Source: an uncultured Bacteroidales bacterium
GTDB lineage: Bacteria; Bacteroidota; Bacteroidia; Bacteroidales; UBA1715
Length of the DNA stretch: 48,158 nt
Assembly (NCBI GenBank): GCA_964558075.1
Contig: CAZLCY010000001.1
Span: 1 to 48,158 of the forward strand
Direction: 5' to 3'
The position numbers and the translations under genes are program-made. The notes under the pieces were generated by a model. The model was not told the DNA's origin. It was given only the letters and a program-made list of their open reading frames with translations, and made no database searches. Below are positions 5,670 to 16,780 of this stretch, piece by piece. The first letter of the stretch is position 1, and the number at the start of each line of letters is the position of its first letter.

Positions 5670-6338
5670 TTACTCACTCCTTACTTTTATTCTTGCTTCT
5701 ATAGACACAACTTCATAGGATTTATCTTCTACAACCAGATTAGGATTATTCTCAAACGGATGAGAGTTAAATCTTACTTCAGTACCTTCTGGTGCTACAG
5801 CAGTTAAAAACGTTTCCATAAGTTCTAAATCATCTTCATTAGGTCTAACTAATGTGGGCCTGTTGGCCTTAGGATGATAAAAGATTTTGTATGTTTTATA
5901 ATTATTTTCTACATCAAATTTGTCCTCCGCTGTAGGCCAACCAGATACAATTATTAAACCAACTTCAAAATGTTCGCGCCAATAATGGGTATTAATATTG
6001 CTCTTTTTTACACGCCCACTTCCATAATGGATAAAATCTCCATTGTTATTAATAAGTATTCCGACGTGTGTTTTGTCATCTTCAGGCCCTATGCCTGTCG
6101 GTAATACTGCGTCGTATGTTCCACGAAATACTACTAAATCTCCAACTGTCGGTTTTTTTGTAACAAAACCATATTCAAAAAAGCGGGGAACCCATGTTAC
6201 ATGTTCTTTTTTCCAACCTGCACGTTCAAGTATAGTTGAAACAAAATCTGCGCAACCTTTGCTATAAGGGGAGGAGTAACCCTCCTGATACGCTTTTTCC
6301 GCTTCTTCTACGATTTTAAGGCTTATTTCTTTATTCAT
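5670..6338 (-). CDS. NlpC/P60-CHAP-type cell wall peptidase (putative endolysin)
   Basis: GCADFVSTILERAGW supplies the nucleophile Cys context. THVGILINNNGDFIHYGS supplies the His. Together they form a papain-like peptidoglycan hydrolase pattern. Confidence 0.65.
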   Translation of the reverse strand: MNKEISLKIVEEAEKAYQEGYSSPYSKGCADFVSTILERAGWKKEHVTWVPRFFEYGFVTKKPTVGDLVVFRGTYDAVLPTGIGPEDDKTHVGILINNNGDFIHYGSGRVKKSNINTHYWREHFEVGLIIVSGWPTAEDKFDVENNYKTYKIFYHPKANRPTLVRPNEDDLELMETFLTAVAPEGTEVRFNSHPFENNPNLVVEDKSYEVVSIEARIKVRSE

Positions 6339-6705
6339 CTGATATGCTTACTTTCATTAGTCCACATTTATAATCATATATTAGCGTAATAACTTTGTTT
6401 ATTTTTACAACAAAGAATACTTTAATTACTTTCTGATAATGAATTTTTAGTGCGTATGTTTTTTCACCGCATTTTGGACACGTAACTTCTTCAAGTGTTA
6501 TCATATTTTCATTCAATGCCTTATATAACCATTCAAGTATAGACATTTTCTCTCCAATTTTTTTCTGATGCGATTTATATACGGCAATAGGCTGAAATAC
6601 TGATTTACCTTTTTTAACCTGTTCGAGCGCATTTATTGCTGTCATAATAGTTTTCTTTAATTCATTTGTTTTATCCATCAAGATCAACTCCTTTAAATTC
6701 TCCAT
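6331..6705 (-). CDS. hypothetical protein (124 aa) with one CxxC
   Basis: From the ORF track. It contains CPKCGEK and overlaps the endolysin start by 8 nt. Confidence 0.5.
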   Translation of the reverse strand: MENLKELILMDKTNELKKTIMTAINALEQVKKGKSVFQPIAVYKSHQKKIGEKMSILEWLYKALNENMITLEEVTCPKCGEKTYALKIHYQKVIKVFFVVKINKVITLIYDYKCGLMKVSISDE

Positions 6706-6758
6706 AAATTACCATTACAATTATATATATAATGGAACTAATACTCTAATTATAAATA

Positions 6759-7040
6759 TTACCACGGTTCAGCCTCAAATCCAGTTCTGTCTTCCCATGT
6801 ATCTCGAACTTCTTGTTCATAATCCGAAGTTGGCAGACCTAACATCATTTCATTTTCTTTTTCTGCGGAAGGTAATCCCTCTTTGAAAAGAATATATGAT
6901 GGTTGTGGAATTGGCCCTTTCTGCTTTCCGGTGTATCCACAACGGGGACATTTAAGGGGATTACGTCTATCCTCAACTTTTCTATTGTATTTTTGCATTA
7001 GTCCGTTACATTCTTTGCAACGATACACATAACAAGGCAT
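6759..7040 (-). CDS. FmdB-like zinc-ribbon protein
   Basis: MPCYVYRCKECNG...LKCPRCG follows the N-terminal Y-x-Y-x-C-x2-C ... C-P-x-C-G pattern of the FmdB family. Confidence 0.6.
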   Translation of the reverse strand: MPCYVYRCKECNGLMQKYNRKVEDRRNPLKCPRCGYTGKQKGPIPQPSYILFKEGLPSAEKENEMMLGLPTSDYEQEVRDTWEDRTGFEAEPW

Positions 7041-7043
7041 TCA

Positions 7044-7835
7044 TTAACATCTCCTTTCTGGTTTATAAATTATTCTTTCGAGTTCATATATTTTATCTTT
7101 TCTCATTTTAAGATACATAGGTTCTTCGGTGATGATTTTGGCTTCGTCATCTTTTAGTATTACAAAACCTTGAGTCCATATAGGATTGTTTACAGTATTC
7201 ATTTGAGAATATTCAACCTGTTCAGGATCAAGGCAACAGCCTCCATCTATTCCGATGTAAATAGCGGGATCGGTAGATTCCATCATTGCAAATGTGTTAT
7301 AAGAAAGGTAATGTTGGTGTCCAGCAATGATGTTTTGTCCATATCTTTTACACAAAGATTTGACTAAGCTACCGATCCGCTTTCTATAACCTCTCGGATG
7401 ACATATTCGCCATTTATTATTAATAATTATATAATCTCGTTCGGTAACTATTATTTTATCTTTGTATTTATCTTTAATAAGCAAGTTTAATACATCACCA
7501 AACAGTATGTGATAATCTGTTTTCCGGGAAATTCGTTTTTCGTGATTACCTATTACACAAATAATCTTATCAAAAACTTTACATATCTTGTCAAAGAATT
7601 TTCGTGCAACATCTTGTTCTATCTTCCACGAAGCATTAGTTTGCTTACGTACAAAAGATGAGAATGAATCCATATTTAACGTGTCGCCATTGAGCACGAG
7701 GGTTTTAATCCCCGTGCTTTTAGCCATGTCAATAACCATTTTCAGCATCTTTTCGCTGTGTTGTGGAATGTGCCAATCACCAGTGATTATTGCATCTCCC
7801 GCGTATTGGATTTCTCCGTTGTTGTTTTTAATCAA
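7044..7835 (-). CDS. calcineurin-like metallophosphoesterase
   Basis: The ordered motifs GDWHIP (DxH), LNGDTLN (GDxxD), GNHE and GHQH are all present. Confidence 0.85.
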   Translation of the reverse strand: MIKNNNGEIQYAGDAIITGDWHIPQHSEKMLKMVIDMAKSTGIKTLVLNGDTLNMDSFSSFVRKQTNASWKIEQDVARKFFDKICKVFDKIICVIGNHEKRISRKTDYHILFGDVLNLLIKDKYKDKIIVTERDYIIINNKWRICHPRGYRKRIGSLVKSLCKRYGQNIIAGHQHYLSYNTFAMMESTDPAIYIGIDGGCCLDPEQVEYSQMNTVNNPIWTQGFVILKDDEAKIITEEPMYLKMRKDKIYELERIIYKPERRC

Positions 7836-7860
7836 TTAACATTACCTCCTTATATACTCT

Positions 7861-7889
7861 ATTATAACATATATTTAACATTTTGTCAA
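7861..7889 (-). promoter_or_regulatory. consensus promoter (TTGACA-17-TATAAT)
   Basis: tgtcaa at 7884-7889 and attata at 7861-7866 on the plus strand give perfect boxes on the minus strand. It lies directly after the giant gene's stop. Confidence 0.7.
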
Positions 7890-7898
7890 GCCCATTAA

Positions 7899-10800
7899 TT
7901 ATTGTATATGAATTTCATTTTTTCGTTGGTTATCGTCCTCATCTGGATCTCGTATTACTTCACCTTGAACGTATTTAAGCCATAGACGTTCTTGTGGACT
8001 TAATCCATCTTTTTTAATGCGTTTTATTGTTTGTTCATTAAGCACACCATGAACATCGCTTGTTGTAAATGGTTTTTTCTCCGTCCGCCTCTGCGCGTTT
8101 CTAAACCTTTTATATGAAATATCAAAACCATTATTAATGGCTTCATCTTTAAATGCGTGTGCTAATCGCGAAAGTATTGCATCTTGTATTTCATATACAT
8201 TTTCTTCAGTAATTTTTTCATGTCTATTTCGAAGTTTAAGATAATCAGCGGCGGCATTATATTGACTCATTGTAACTTCTGGTTGATTCATTAACTTTTT
8301 AATAGTAAATTTATTGGCGCGGCTAACATATGTATTAATTATATCACTTTCTTTGTTTTGTTCCCAATTAGTTATATTGTAACCGCGTCGTTTTGCTTCA
8401 CTATATCGGGCTTCATCGGCAGATCTTACTCCGATAAGATTGAGCATAAGTTCCAGTCCATCATATTCTCTAACGTGTCCAGTTCTTATATCAACATTTA
8501 TAGGATATGTTCTTGCATCATTTAAAACTTTAAGACCTTCTTGTCCAAGTAAACTTACAGTACTATCTGCAAGAGTATCTTGCCATGACCAATTTTCATC
8601 ATTAAGTTCATTAGATTTCTCTATTTTATAATTAAGGGCGGCTCGACCAAAATTAAGTAACATTGCATGTGTAAGTAATGCACGAGTATCTCGCGCTTCT
8701 TTTTCTACTTTACCGGACGCAACAAGTTCGGGTTTACTTGATTGATATAATAAATCAACTATTTGTAAAAATGGAGTTTCAATATTCATAACACCACCCG
8801 GTTCAAATCTTGATCTCCAATCACCATTAGTTACTGAATTCACTACGCCTTCATCAAGAATGTCTAATACTACTAATGCACCATAATTCACAACTTTATT
8901 CATTACTTCCTGTTCTTCGGTTGATTGATCTAATTTTTCGGCACGTTGTGCCATCATATCATGAATAACACGTTTTATTCCGGTTTCTAATTGATGTGTT
9001 GCTTTATCAAGTAATTTAACTCGAAATGCGCCCTCGCCTTTTTCTTGATGTAAATTACGTTTTTTAGTAACATTAGCGACACCTTTAAGTGTCGAGTTTG
9101 TTGCACCTGTAAATATATTACTAAATCCCTGAAACATTCTATATCCAACAACAGATCCAATACCACCCAGCATTATTTCAGTAGCTACTTCTAACGGAAG
9201 TTGACTAATTTTTTTCATACTGCCCGGTTCTGCCATTTTCCATAAACCAGAAATTCCCTCTTCAGCTACATCATCTAAAGTACCAACTAACGCTTTCATA
9301 ACATTTAAATTTTTAGACCACGCATAAGTTTTAAATTGATTTAATGCTAAATCAATTATAGGGATTTGGAATATTAATCCTTTATTAGCGGATGTATAAT
9401 TAAAATGAACTGCGTTAATGCCTTCGGTAGTATTAATGACTGCATCTTTAAGTTCAGTCGTCCATGTAGTTGGATCGGTTATATCAACGTTAGGATCTTT
9501 TAACATTGTTACCATATCCATATCACCGAATTTGGCTTGAACTTCTTTCAATCGACCTAACTTTCCTTCAATACTTTTGCGCTTAACAGCAGGTAAATCC
9601 GGGTTTTTAAGTAAAGATTCAAACTCGGTAATCTTATTACCAACATTTGCAGTTCTTTCGTCTGCCCAATTAAGGTAAGCATAGAATGAGCGCAGTCTAT
9701 TATATTGTTCACTTTTTTTAAAGAAGTTAAGATGATCATTAACTGTTCTATTCCATACTCTTGTTCCGACGCCACCTTGTATTCCAAATTGACGTGTGCC
9801 TTCAGTAGCAAATGATTCGGGATCGAGTAATCCCAGTTTATATGCTACCTGCATTTTTTCTGGCATTTGTTTAATTAATTCGTCGTGAGGTAATCCTCTA
9901 TTTTGAAGTTTGATTTTTAAAAATCTCATGGAATCTGCGGTTGCTTCAACATGCGATCGTGTTGCAACTTTAGTTCCATATATAGCGTTATCGAATAATG
10001 CTTGCGTTGTATTAACTAACGCTGAAGCCGGATTATGTTTAACTTTCAATCCAGAGATTACGTTTCTTATTCCATATACTAAATTATTAAGAGTATTTTT
10101 TCCACGAGTGCGACCCATTACTCCTGACATTAATTTTTCAACATTATCCGCGTATTTACCACCGCCCGCTTTTCTTAAATTATTAACCACGCCTTCTGCT
10201 TCAATGAGTGCAGGCTCAAGCATAATTTTACGTCCAGCTTCCCTAAAATCATCTTCAAGAATATCTTTCAGGTTAATTTTATATTCCATCATTCCACGTT
10301 CGGGATCTACTTCGTAAGTTCTTCCGGCAACTTTTTCTTTAGGTAAACGACCTAAATCCATACCGCCTTTATTACTTATATTTTCAACAGAAATAGTTTT
10401 ATTAACACGATTTTTAAAATCTTCAAAATCTTTTATGTATTGATCCGGGGCTTCATTAAGTCCCGTATTTAATAAAAGATCTTTCATATCTTCTTTATCA
10501 AGATTACTCATGTTTCTAAGTAAATCTTGTTTATAAAAATCAAGTTGGCGTTTTTGACTAAACAATGTTTTATGTCCGGCGCGTTTACGATATTCCAGTA
10601 AGTTGTTAATTTTATCTTTAAAACTCTTTTTAACTTTTTTTGCATGTTTGTACATGTGTTCTCTAACATCTTTAAACCGCACATCTTGTGCAGTTTTAAA
10701 TTTTCGAATTTCTTTATTTCGTTCTATTCTATAGGCATGTATTTCCTTTTCTTTTTTATAATTTAATTCAGCTTTGTATTCATTGACTTTATTAGTAATA

Positions 10801-13800
10801 TCATCCGGTTTATATCGACCATCAGCTTCTAATGATTTTTTAAATGTTTCAACGCTTTCATTTATGTTTGCGTTCCACTCTTTACGTAATTCGCTTACAT
10901 ACTCTTTACTAAAAGACATTAAGTCTTTTTTCATTTGTTGTTTATTAACAGATTTAGCTTTTCTAAATCTTGAAACTATTTCACTTACATCACTATCAAA
11001 TTCTTTTTGTTGAATTTCAAAACCGCGTTTTAACGGTTCGGTTTTTAATTCTGCTTGCTCATTAGCCATTTTGTTTAATTGTTTAACATATTGAGGATCG
11101 TTCATTTGTTCTCTTAATACTTTCTTTTTTGTATTAATAAGATAATACACACGTTTTTCTATTTCGTCTATACGTTCTGTCGGGATGTTAATTCCAAGTT
11201 GATCTCTCATTGCTTGATATGGATCGTCGAGATGGAATGTATCAAGAAAAGTTTTTACGTTAGTATCATCCGCTGAAAAACCTACGTTATCACCTCTGCG
11301 ATACATAAAATCATATAAATCACCATAAGTAGTTCCAACATAAGATTGAATACCATCTGCTGATGATTCAGAAAGTTTTTTTCGAACTTCACCCCAGCCT
11401 TTAGTTGTGAAATATTTCTCAACATACATGTCTTTGGCAATATCTAATGCTTGTTGTTTTTTATCAACAGCGAGTTGTTTAACTAAACGTTTAGCGTTAA
11501 TATTTTTTGATACTTGATCAAATAATTCATCCTCCGTTGCAAGTCCTGTTTTATCAAGCATAAATTTAGTAATCTTTTCACGTTCGGTAGCGTCGAAAAT
11601 TTGTCCGGTTTTATATTCGTAACCAAAGTTTTTTTCTGCAATATCCGCTAATATTCTTGATTTACCCATGTTTACAGCATCTCTTGTATTTTTTGCAAAT
11701 AATGCAATCCGAGGGCCATCCTCTGAATGATAAATCACTTTTTGATTTCCTTCAACCGGTTTTTTAGGTAACCAATAATTAGGCTGTTTTTCTGGTAAAC
11801 CGGGTGGCTGAAAATCTGGATCGCTTAACAATTCATTAACACGTTTTGTTCTTTCAGTTCTTGTTGCGTTCCAATAAAATTCAGGATCGTTATCGACAAT
11901 ATAACGCTCGGTAGCGTTCCTTTTTAATTGTTCATATGAAGGTTTAAACCATCTTTCTTGTATGGTTTGATATACTTCTGCGAAGTTCTTATCTTCGATT
12001 AATAATTTATCGATCATATCAGAATCTTGATTACGCATAGCAGTATCCCATAAATTAGTAATTCGTTTAATTTCTTCTTTATCAAATTTAATTAAAGAAT
12101 CAGAAATGTCGGCCATACGGTGCATTTGTTGCGCATCGGCCATTTGTGTTAATGCTGAAGTTTCATCCCACAGCCTATTTACTGCCGCGATATGATCACG
12201 TAGTTCGTCTGCGCGTGGCAACATAAGTTCAAATAATTTACCAAATTCACGTTGGACTGGCATATATTGATGTACAGACAAACCCATTCGACCGAGCTTA
12301 GAACGTACTTTACCTACTGGAGTTTTTACATTTTCTCCCGGATGTGTAAAAGGTTCTATTTTGGTTCTTTTAGTATCAACAGTGCCCCTTAATTTATTTA
12401 GTTGATATTTAAGATTATTGTATAAACGTATTACACCATCTTTCACAGGTATTCCCGCGTGGAATTTCGCGAATGATTTCGAATATAGTGCATCATCTAA
12501 CCTTATCAAATCAGTATATTGTTCGGGATCAGCAATTTGTTTTAACGCATTAACTAAATCATCATCTAAAACATTATCCAACATTTTAATTGTTGATTTC
12601 TTTTTAGTAATATCAAGATTAGTGTTTTCAAGTAAGAATCTAACTCTATCCTCATTTAAATCTAACGGCCCATCGCCAAATTTAATATCAATGGGTGTAT
12701 CAAATTCTAAAGCGTTTTCTTCCGCGGCGCGCAAAATGTTATCCATTTCAATTCTAAAAATATCGGCCATTGCATTGTTATTTATTCTATCTTTAATAAA
12801 ACGTTTTCCAGCTCTGTAAAGATATTTTGAACCTTTATTTTTTCGAACGTGATTAATTAAACGTTGCTCCATTTGCGCAATCGTCGGGGCCGCTTCTAAA
12901 TCAGAATACATTATTCCTTCTGCATCCGCTTTTTTAACATCTTGTAGCGGTGTAAGAATCGTTTCTCCTGTAAATGTATCGACTTCATCTATAAGATGAC
13001 CATCGCGATGTAGCGTTCTCACGCGATAACCCGCTTTATAATCGTAGTTAGGATCAGGCGTTAAGCCCGTTCTTTCTTGTATGTCCTTAAATGTTCTTGC
13101 GATTCTTTCTTTATCAACCGCACTTTTACCATCTAAGACTTCCTGAAAATTAAATCCCATAAATTCAGCAGATAAATCATCTTTAAGATTATTCAAATTT
13201 CTAAGGGCGGAGCGTAATTTAACCTCCATTTTTTTGTCTGCATTTCCACTATCTAAAACAATATTTATGTTTGATATTTTTTCGTCGATATCATCAAGAT
13301 TTCTAACCAAGTTGTCAATTGTAGGCGAATTTTCAATTTCGTGATTAGCAACTCGACGTGCTACAGTCTTTTTGAATCCAATTTCGTTTGCTTGCTTTAA
13401 TAATTCTTGCACCTGTTCTGGGGTGGTTTTACTATAATCCTTTGGAACCAATTTAATGAATTCATCTTCAGATTGAATTATAGCATCATTTACAAGATTA
13501 CCGATTATTTCATTAACTTTGCCTTTAGATTTAATTGCTAATTGTTCCATTTCCGGGGTTATTTTTGCACCACGTTCCAAAAGCTTTTGATATTTTTCGA
13601 GCGTATTTCCAGCGTCAATAACTTCGTCAACTTGACCACTTTTCATGATAAGGTTCGGTATGTTATCACTATCAACAGCATTTTTAGGTAACATTCCCGG
13701 ATCAAAGTTATAGATTTGGTTCATTGAATTTTTAACTTCACCATGTTTAACAACATCATCGATCGCACCACCAAAATTATAAAATGCAGAAAAATCAACA

Positions 13801-15017
13801 ACCATATCAAGTGCGCCACCAACAAATTCTGCGCGATTGACCGCTATCATTCCTTCAGTTTCATTAAGAACGGCCTCACTCGGCGAATACAACCAATCTG
13901 CAAATCGGCCAAAAGTTCCTTTTTTACCAACATATTTTTTGAATACAGGATCGATGATTTCAGTTTTAGAGTCGCCCTTTTCAACTTCATAATTTATTTC
14001 GGTAGTATATTCTCCCGACCAAGTTTTATCTGCGCGGCGAATCTCTTGAAATACCGGTTTCATTCCTTCACTCACAAAACCGAGTAGCGGTATTCCGGCA
14101 ACGACATCACGCTCATCTAAATTATATAAATCAGCATTACCATTTAAAATATCTTCCCATGTTTGTCTAAAATTAACTAATTGTCCTGCCGCTTTAGCCG
14201 TCATTCGGCCCGGTAAAGAACCTAAATTCATAACACCGGTACCGGCGCCAGTAAGTGCATAATTTAAATCTTTAGAAGAACCACTCCGAAAAGTCGCGGC
14301 AAATGCGCCTTTAGCTTGTCGTATTTGTTCTGGAGAATATTGCTCTAATCGTAAATGTTGTGCCCATTGTTCGTCCGTGGGGGCGGGCCAATATACGACA
14401 GCATCATTTATATCTTCGCGTTTTAATTCATTTTCTCGCGTGAATACTGAATTATTATTTACGTCCGATTCCATAATTTCCGAGGCAATTGGAACTTTTT
14501 CAATTATAGTTTTTTCTTCATTATATTGTACCCACTTTTCGTTTTGTTTACCTAAAAATGCGCCTATATTTATAAGATCATTTTTAACACCCGTTATGTC
14601 TAATTTAATTCCATAATCATCGGATTCTTCCATCTCTTCAATATGTTTAACTAAATTTTCTCGTGTAAGGCTCCGATCGGGTTGTTTGCTTTGATATTCA
14701 GATAAAGCGGGTTCAATTAAATCACTTTTGAATAGTTCATATTCTGATGAACCGAGGGCAGTAAGTGGTTGACGTGCTCTATTTTGTATTTTACGTGCTT
14801 TATTAAAAACGAAATTTTTTGCATCATCAGTTAATACTACGCCTTCAGGTAATTGACCATTTTTAACTACATAGTCAACGTAGGGGCTAAGTTTTTTAGC
14901 CCCCTCTCCTTCTTGTTCGTTTGCCGGTGTTTCTCTAATAGGCGTTTCAGTTTTTTGATCATAATATGGCGATAAATCTAATTTGAAGCCATTATCGTCA
15001 TAGTTTAAAAAGTTCAA
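7899..15017 (-). CDS. giant virion-associated protein (2372 aa), putative internal/ejection protein
   Basis: This is a single uninterrupted 7.1-kb ORF. Its position, after the fibre and disordered-protein genes, resembles podovirus internal-protein modules. I recognised no polymerase, lysozyme or peptidase motif. Confidence 0.6.
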   Translation of the reverse strand: MNFLNYDDNGFKLDLSPYYDQKTETPIRETPANEQEGEGAKKLSPYVDYVVKNGQLPEGVVLTDDAKNFVFNKARKIQNRARQPLTALGSSEYELFKSDLIEPALSEYQSKQPDRSLTRENLVKHIEEMEESDDYGIKLDITGVKNDLINIGAFLGKQNEKWVQYNEEKTIIEKVPIASEIMESDVNNNSVFTRENELKREDINDAVVYWPAPTDEQWAQHLRLEQYSPEQIRQAKGAFAATFRSGSSKDLNYALTGAGTGVMNLGSLPGRMTAKAAGQLVNFRQTWEDILNGNADLYNLDERDVVAGIPLLGFVSEGMKPVFQEIRRADKTWSGEYTTEINYEVEKGDSKTEIIDPVFKKYVGKKGTFGRFADWLYSPSEAVLNETEGMIAVNRAEFVGGALDMVVDFSAFYNFGGAIDDVVKHGEVKNSMNQIYNFDPGMLPKNAVDSDNIPNLIMKSGQVDEVIDAGNTLEKYQKLLERGAKITPEMEQLAIKSKGKVNEIIGNLVNDAIIQSEDEFIKLVPKDYSKTTPEQVQELLKQANEIGFKKTVARRVANHEIENSPTIDNLVRNLDDIDEKISNINIVLDSGNADKKMEVKLRSALRNLNNLKDDLSAEFMGFNFQEVLDGKSAVDKERIARTFKDIQERTGLTPDPNYDYKAGYRVRTLHRDGHLIDEVDTFTGETILTPLQDVKKADAEGIMYSDLEAAPTIAQMEQRLINHVRKNKGSKYLYRAGKRFIKDRINNNAMADIFRIEMDNILRAAEENALEFDTPIDIKFGDGPLDLNEDRVRFLLENTNLDITKKKSTIKMLDNVLDDDLVNALKQIADPEQYTDLIRLDDALYSKSFAKFHAGIPVKDGVIRLYNNLKYQLNKLRGTVDTKRTKIEPFTHPGENVKTPVGKVRSKLGRMGLSVHQYMPVQREFGKLFELMLPRADELRDHIAAVNRLWDETSALTQMADAQQMHRMADISDSLIKFDKEEIKRITNLWDTAMRNQDSDMIDKLLIEDKNFAEVYQTIQERWFKPSYEQLKRNATERYIVDNDPEFYWNATRTERTKRVNELLSDPDFQPPGLPEKQPNYWLPKKPVEGNQKVIYHSEDGPRIALFAKNTRDAVNMGKSRILADIAEKNFGYEYKTGQIFDATEREKITKFMLDKTGLATEDELFDQVSKNINAKRLVKQLAVDKKQQALDIAKDMYVEKYFTTKGWGEVRKKLSESSADGIQSYVGTTYGDLYDFMYRRGDNVGFSADDTNVKTFLDTFHLDDPYQAMRDQLGINIPTERIDEIEKRVYYLINTKKKVLREQMNDPQYVKQLNKMANEQAELKTEPLKRGFEIQQKEFDSDVSEIVSRFRKAKSVNKQQMKKDLMSFSKEYVSELRKEWNANINESVETFKKSLEADGRYKPDDITNKVNEYKAELNYKKEKEIHAYRIERNKEIRKFKTAQDVRFKDVREHMYKHAKKVKKSFKDKINNLLEYRKRAGHKTLFSQKRQLDFYKQDLLRNMSNLDKEDMKDLLLNTGLNEAPDQYIKDFEDFKNRVNKTISVENISNKGGMDLGRLPKEKVAGRTYEVDPERGMMEYKINLKDILEDDFREAGRKIMLEPALIEAEGVVNNLRKAGGGKYADNVEKLMSGVMGRTRGKNTLNNLVYGIRNVISGLKVKHNPASALVNTTQALFDNAIYGTKVATRSHVEATADSMRFLKIKLQNRGLPHDELIKQMPEKMQVAYKLGLLDPESFATEGTRQFGIQGGVGTRVWNRTVNDHLNFFKKSEQYNRLRSFYAYLNWADERTANVGNKITEFESLLKNPDLPAVKRKSIEGKLGRLKEVQAKFGDMDMVTMLKDPNVDITDPTTWTTELKDAVINTTEGINAVHFNYTSANKGLIFQIPIIDLALNQFKTYAWSKNLNVMKALVGTLDDVAEEGISGLWKMAEPGSMKKISQLPLEVATEIMLGGIGSVVGYRMFQGFSNIFTGATNSTLKGVANVTKKRNLHQEKGEGAFRVKLLDKATHQLETGIKRVIHDMMAQRAEKLDQSTEEQEVMNKVVNYGALVVLDILDEGVVNSVTNGDWRSRFEPGGVMNIETPFLQIVDLLYQSSKPELVASGKVEKEARDTRALLTHAMLLNFGRAALNYKIEKSNELNDENWSWQDTLADSTVSLLGQEGLKVLNDARTYPINVDIRTGHVREYDGLELMLNLIGVRSADEARYSEAKRRGYNITNWEQNKESDIINTYVSRANKFTIKKLMNQPEVTMSQYNAAADYLKLRNRHEKITEENVYEIQDAILSRLAHAFKDEAINNGFDISYKRFRNAQRRTEKKPFTTSDVHGVLNEQTIKRIKKDGLSPQERLWLKYVQGEVIRDPDEDDNQRKNEIHIQ

Positions 15018-16331
15018 TTAAAATTCCTCCAATTCCATGTTTTTAACATAATTTTGTAAATCTCGCGCAATCTTTACCGCTTGCTCATCGTTTAGTATAA
15101 TTGGTTTAGTTCCTTGCGGTGTTTCAATATTGATTTCAAATGCACCGCGACCGCTTTCTGCGTATCCCATAAGCATACTTGCCGTGCGTGTCGCGGCGGT
15201 TTTTCTTGCTTCTGGAGGTAAATCTTCAAATAACGCATTTTCACCAACAGTCGCTTTTGCTAAACCGTTCATAAATTTAACGCCGGTACTTTTTCCCTCG
15301 GCATTTAATATATCACGAGTTTGTATCGCCAATTTAGTTAATTTCTTAACATCTTCTTCTGTTTTTGTTTCTAAATGTTTTTCTAAGTTAGCGGCTTGTC
15401 GTCTAAGGCTGGCCGCTTTTTTCTCGGATTTTATTGGTATATCTCCAATAAAATCATCCGCAGTTAAATTTTTTGCGACTCCTATGTCTATTTGAGCAGT
15501 ATAAAAACCATCCTGTACTTCCTTGCCATCTTCTATTTTATATTTTGGTATTGTAACAGTCATTTTTGGTTCATTTTGTTTATATGCAGTTTTTGCTATA
15601 TCTCGTCCAGATGCTTCTGAAAGATTGAATATACTGTTAACAACATCATTTTTTGCATTATTAATCGCATCTGCTTCAGACTTTGCATCAACGGTTGCAG
15701 TAATAATGTCGCCTTGTGATTCAACTTGTTGTGCACCGATAGTCGCATCTTTACTAAATTTAGATGCAATTGCTTGTTTCAGTAATTCTTGATTACGGGT
15801 CTGATTATCAATTATTTCCTCTTTACGATTTTTAGCATTTTCATTTTGTCCCATTACTTCTCTTAATTGTTCAGCAACAACCATTCGTTCAAGATTTTCA
15901 ACAGCGGGCATATTAGTCATCCCCATCATCCCGCCCAAAACGGCCATCTTTAAATTGTCTTTTATTTCCTGGCGCCGTAATTGATTATATTCCTTAATCA
16001 AATTATCACGTTTTTTAGCACGTCCGGGAGCTTCTTGTCGTCTAATACTTTCTGCTAATGATTCGGGAGATGCCATTGGAACTTCGACCGCACCATTTCC
16101 ACCAATAAAAGTATTAGTTGTTTTTGGTGCAAGTTGATCAATTAATTGATTCATTATTATATTTTCAAAATTGCCTGCTTCAGGCTGTGCAATCTTTTGT
16201 AAATTTTGCGGATCTTGAATCTGTTGTACATTTGAAACATTCGATAACATTGTTTCTACATTATTATTATGAGCTTCATTCGCTCTATTTCTCTTATCAT
16301 TAAAAAAAGAGAACATTCCAAACATATCCAT
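15018..16331 (-). CDS. hypothetical virion protein (437 aa)
   Basis: From the ORF track. Its stop abuts the giant gene's start and its start overlaps the upstream stop by 1 nt. It is coiled-coil-like and rich in K, E and Q. Confidence 0.6.
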   Translation of the reverse strand: MDMFGMFSFFNDKRNRANEAHNNNVETMLSNVSNVQQIQDPQNLQKIAQPEAGNFENIIMNQLIDQLAPKTTNTFIGGNGAVEVPMASPESLAESIRRQEAPGRAKKRDNLIKEYNQLRRQEIKDNLKMAVLGGMMGMTNMPAVENLERMVVAEQLREVMGQNENAKNRKEEIIDNQTRNQELLKQAIASKFSKDATIGAQQVESQGDIITATVDAKSEADAINNAKNDVVNSIFNLSEASGRDIAKTAYKQNEPKMTVTIPKYKIEDGKEVQDGFYTAQIDIGVAKNLTADDFIGDIPIKSEKKAASLRRQAANLEKHLETKTEEDVKKLTKLAIQTRDILNAEGKSTGVKFMNGLAKATVGENALFEDLPPEARKTAATRTASMLMGYAESGRGAFEINIETPQGTKPIILNDEQAVKIARDLQNYVKNMELEEF

Positions 16332-16768
16332 TATATAGCACCAAAGAGATTCATGGGATTACTATTAGATTGCTGTTGTTGCATTGGTTTTGGCTGTGGA
16401 GGATTCATCATTGTGTACATATTACCAATTGTTGGTGTCGGCATTTGAACCGGAAGTCCCGCTGTACCTGTCGGAGCGTTCTGCGGCGTTCCTTGAGGCT
16501 TGATAGACATAGGACTCTCTGGGTTTAGTCCGGGAGGCTGTGGGACATTCACAGGAGTACCTCCAGATTCCATTTGAGAACCAGGCCGAGGGTTATTCAT
16601 CATAGACAGCTGATTAAGCGGTGATCCAACGCCTCCACCAGCAAAGTTGTTTTGTCCAAAAATATTTTGTCCGGGTTGATTCATCTGTCCCATTTGACCC
16701 ATTTGACCCATTTGACCCATTTGTCCTTGATTTTGCATCATCATTTGTAATAGTTTTAAAAAATCCAT
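16331..16768 (-). CDS. Q/M/G/P-rich low-complexity protein (145 aa)
   Basis: The protein begins MMMQNQGQMGQMGQMGQMGQMNQPGQN. This is encoded by a 9-bp tandem repeat (catttgacc, 4 copies) at about 16691-16726. Confidence 0.65.
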   Translation of the reverse strand: MDFLKLLQMMMQNQGQMGQMGQMGQMGQMNQPGQNIFGQNNFAGGGVGSPLNQLSMMNNPRPGSQMESGGTPVNVPQPPGLNPESPMSIKPQGTPQNAPTGTAGLPVQMPTPTIGNMYTMMNPPQPKPMQQQQSNSNPMNLFGAI

Positions 16769-16780
16769 TGTATCACTCCT

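Noticed and set aside
7899-15017. The giant ORF as a virion RNA polymerase (N4-like or crAss-like).
   Set aside because: I could not find DxDGD-type double-psi beta-barrel motifs or T7-like polymerase motifs by eye. The consensus host-type promoters in front of the early genes also argue against the need for a virion RNAP. The question remains open pending HHpred.
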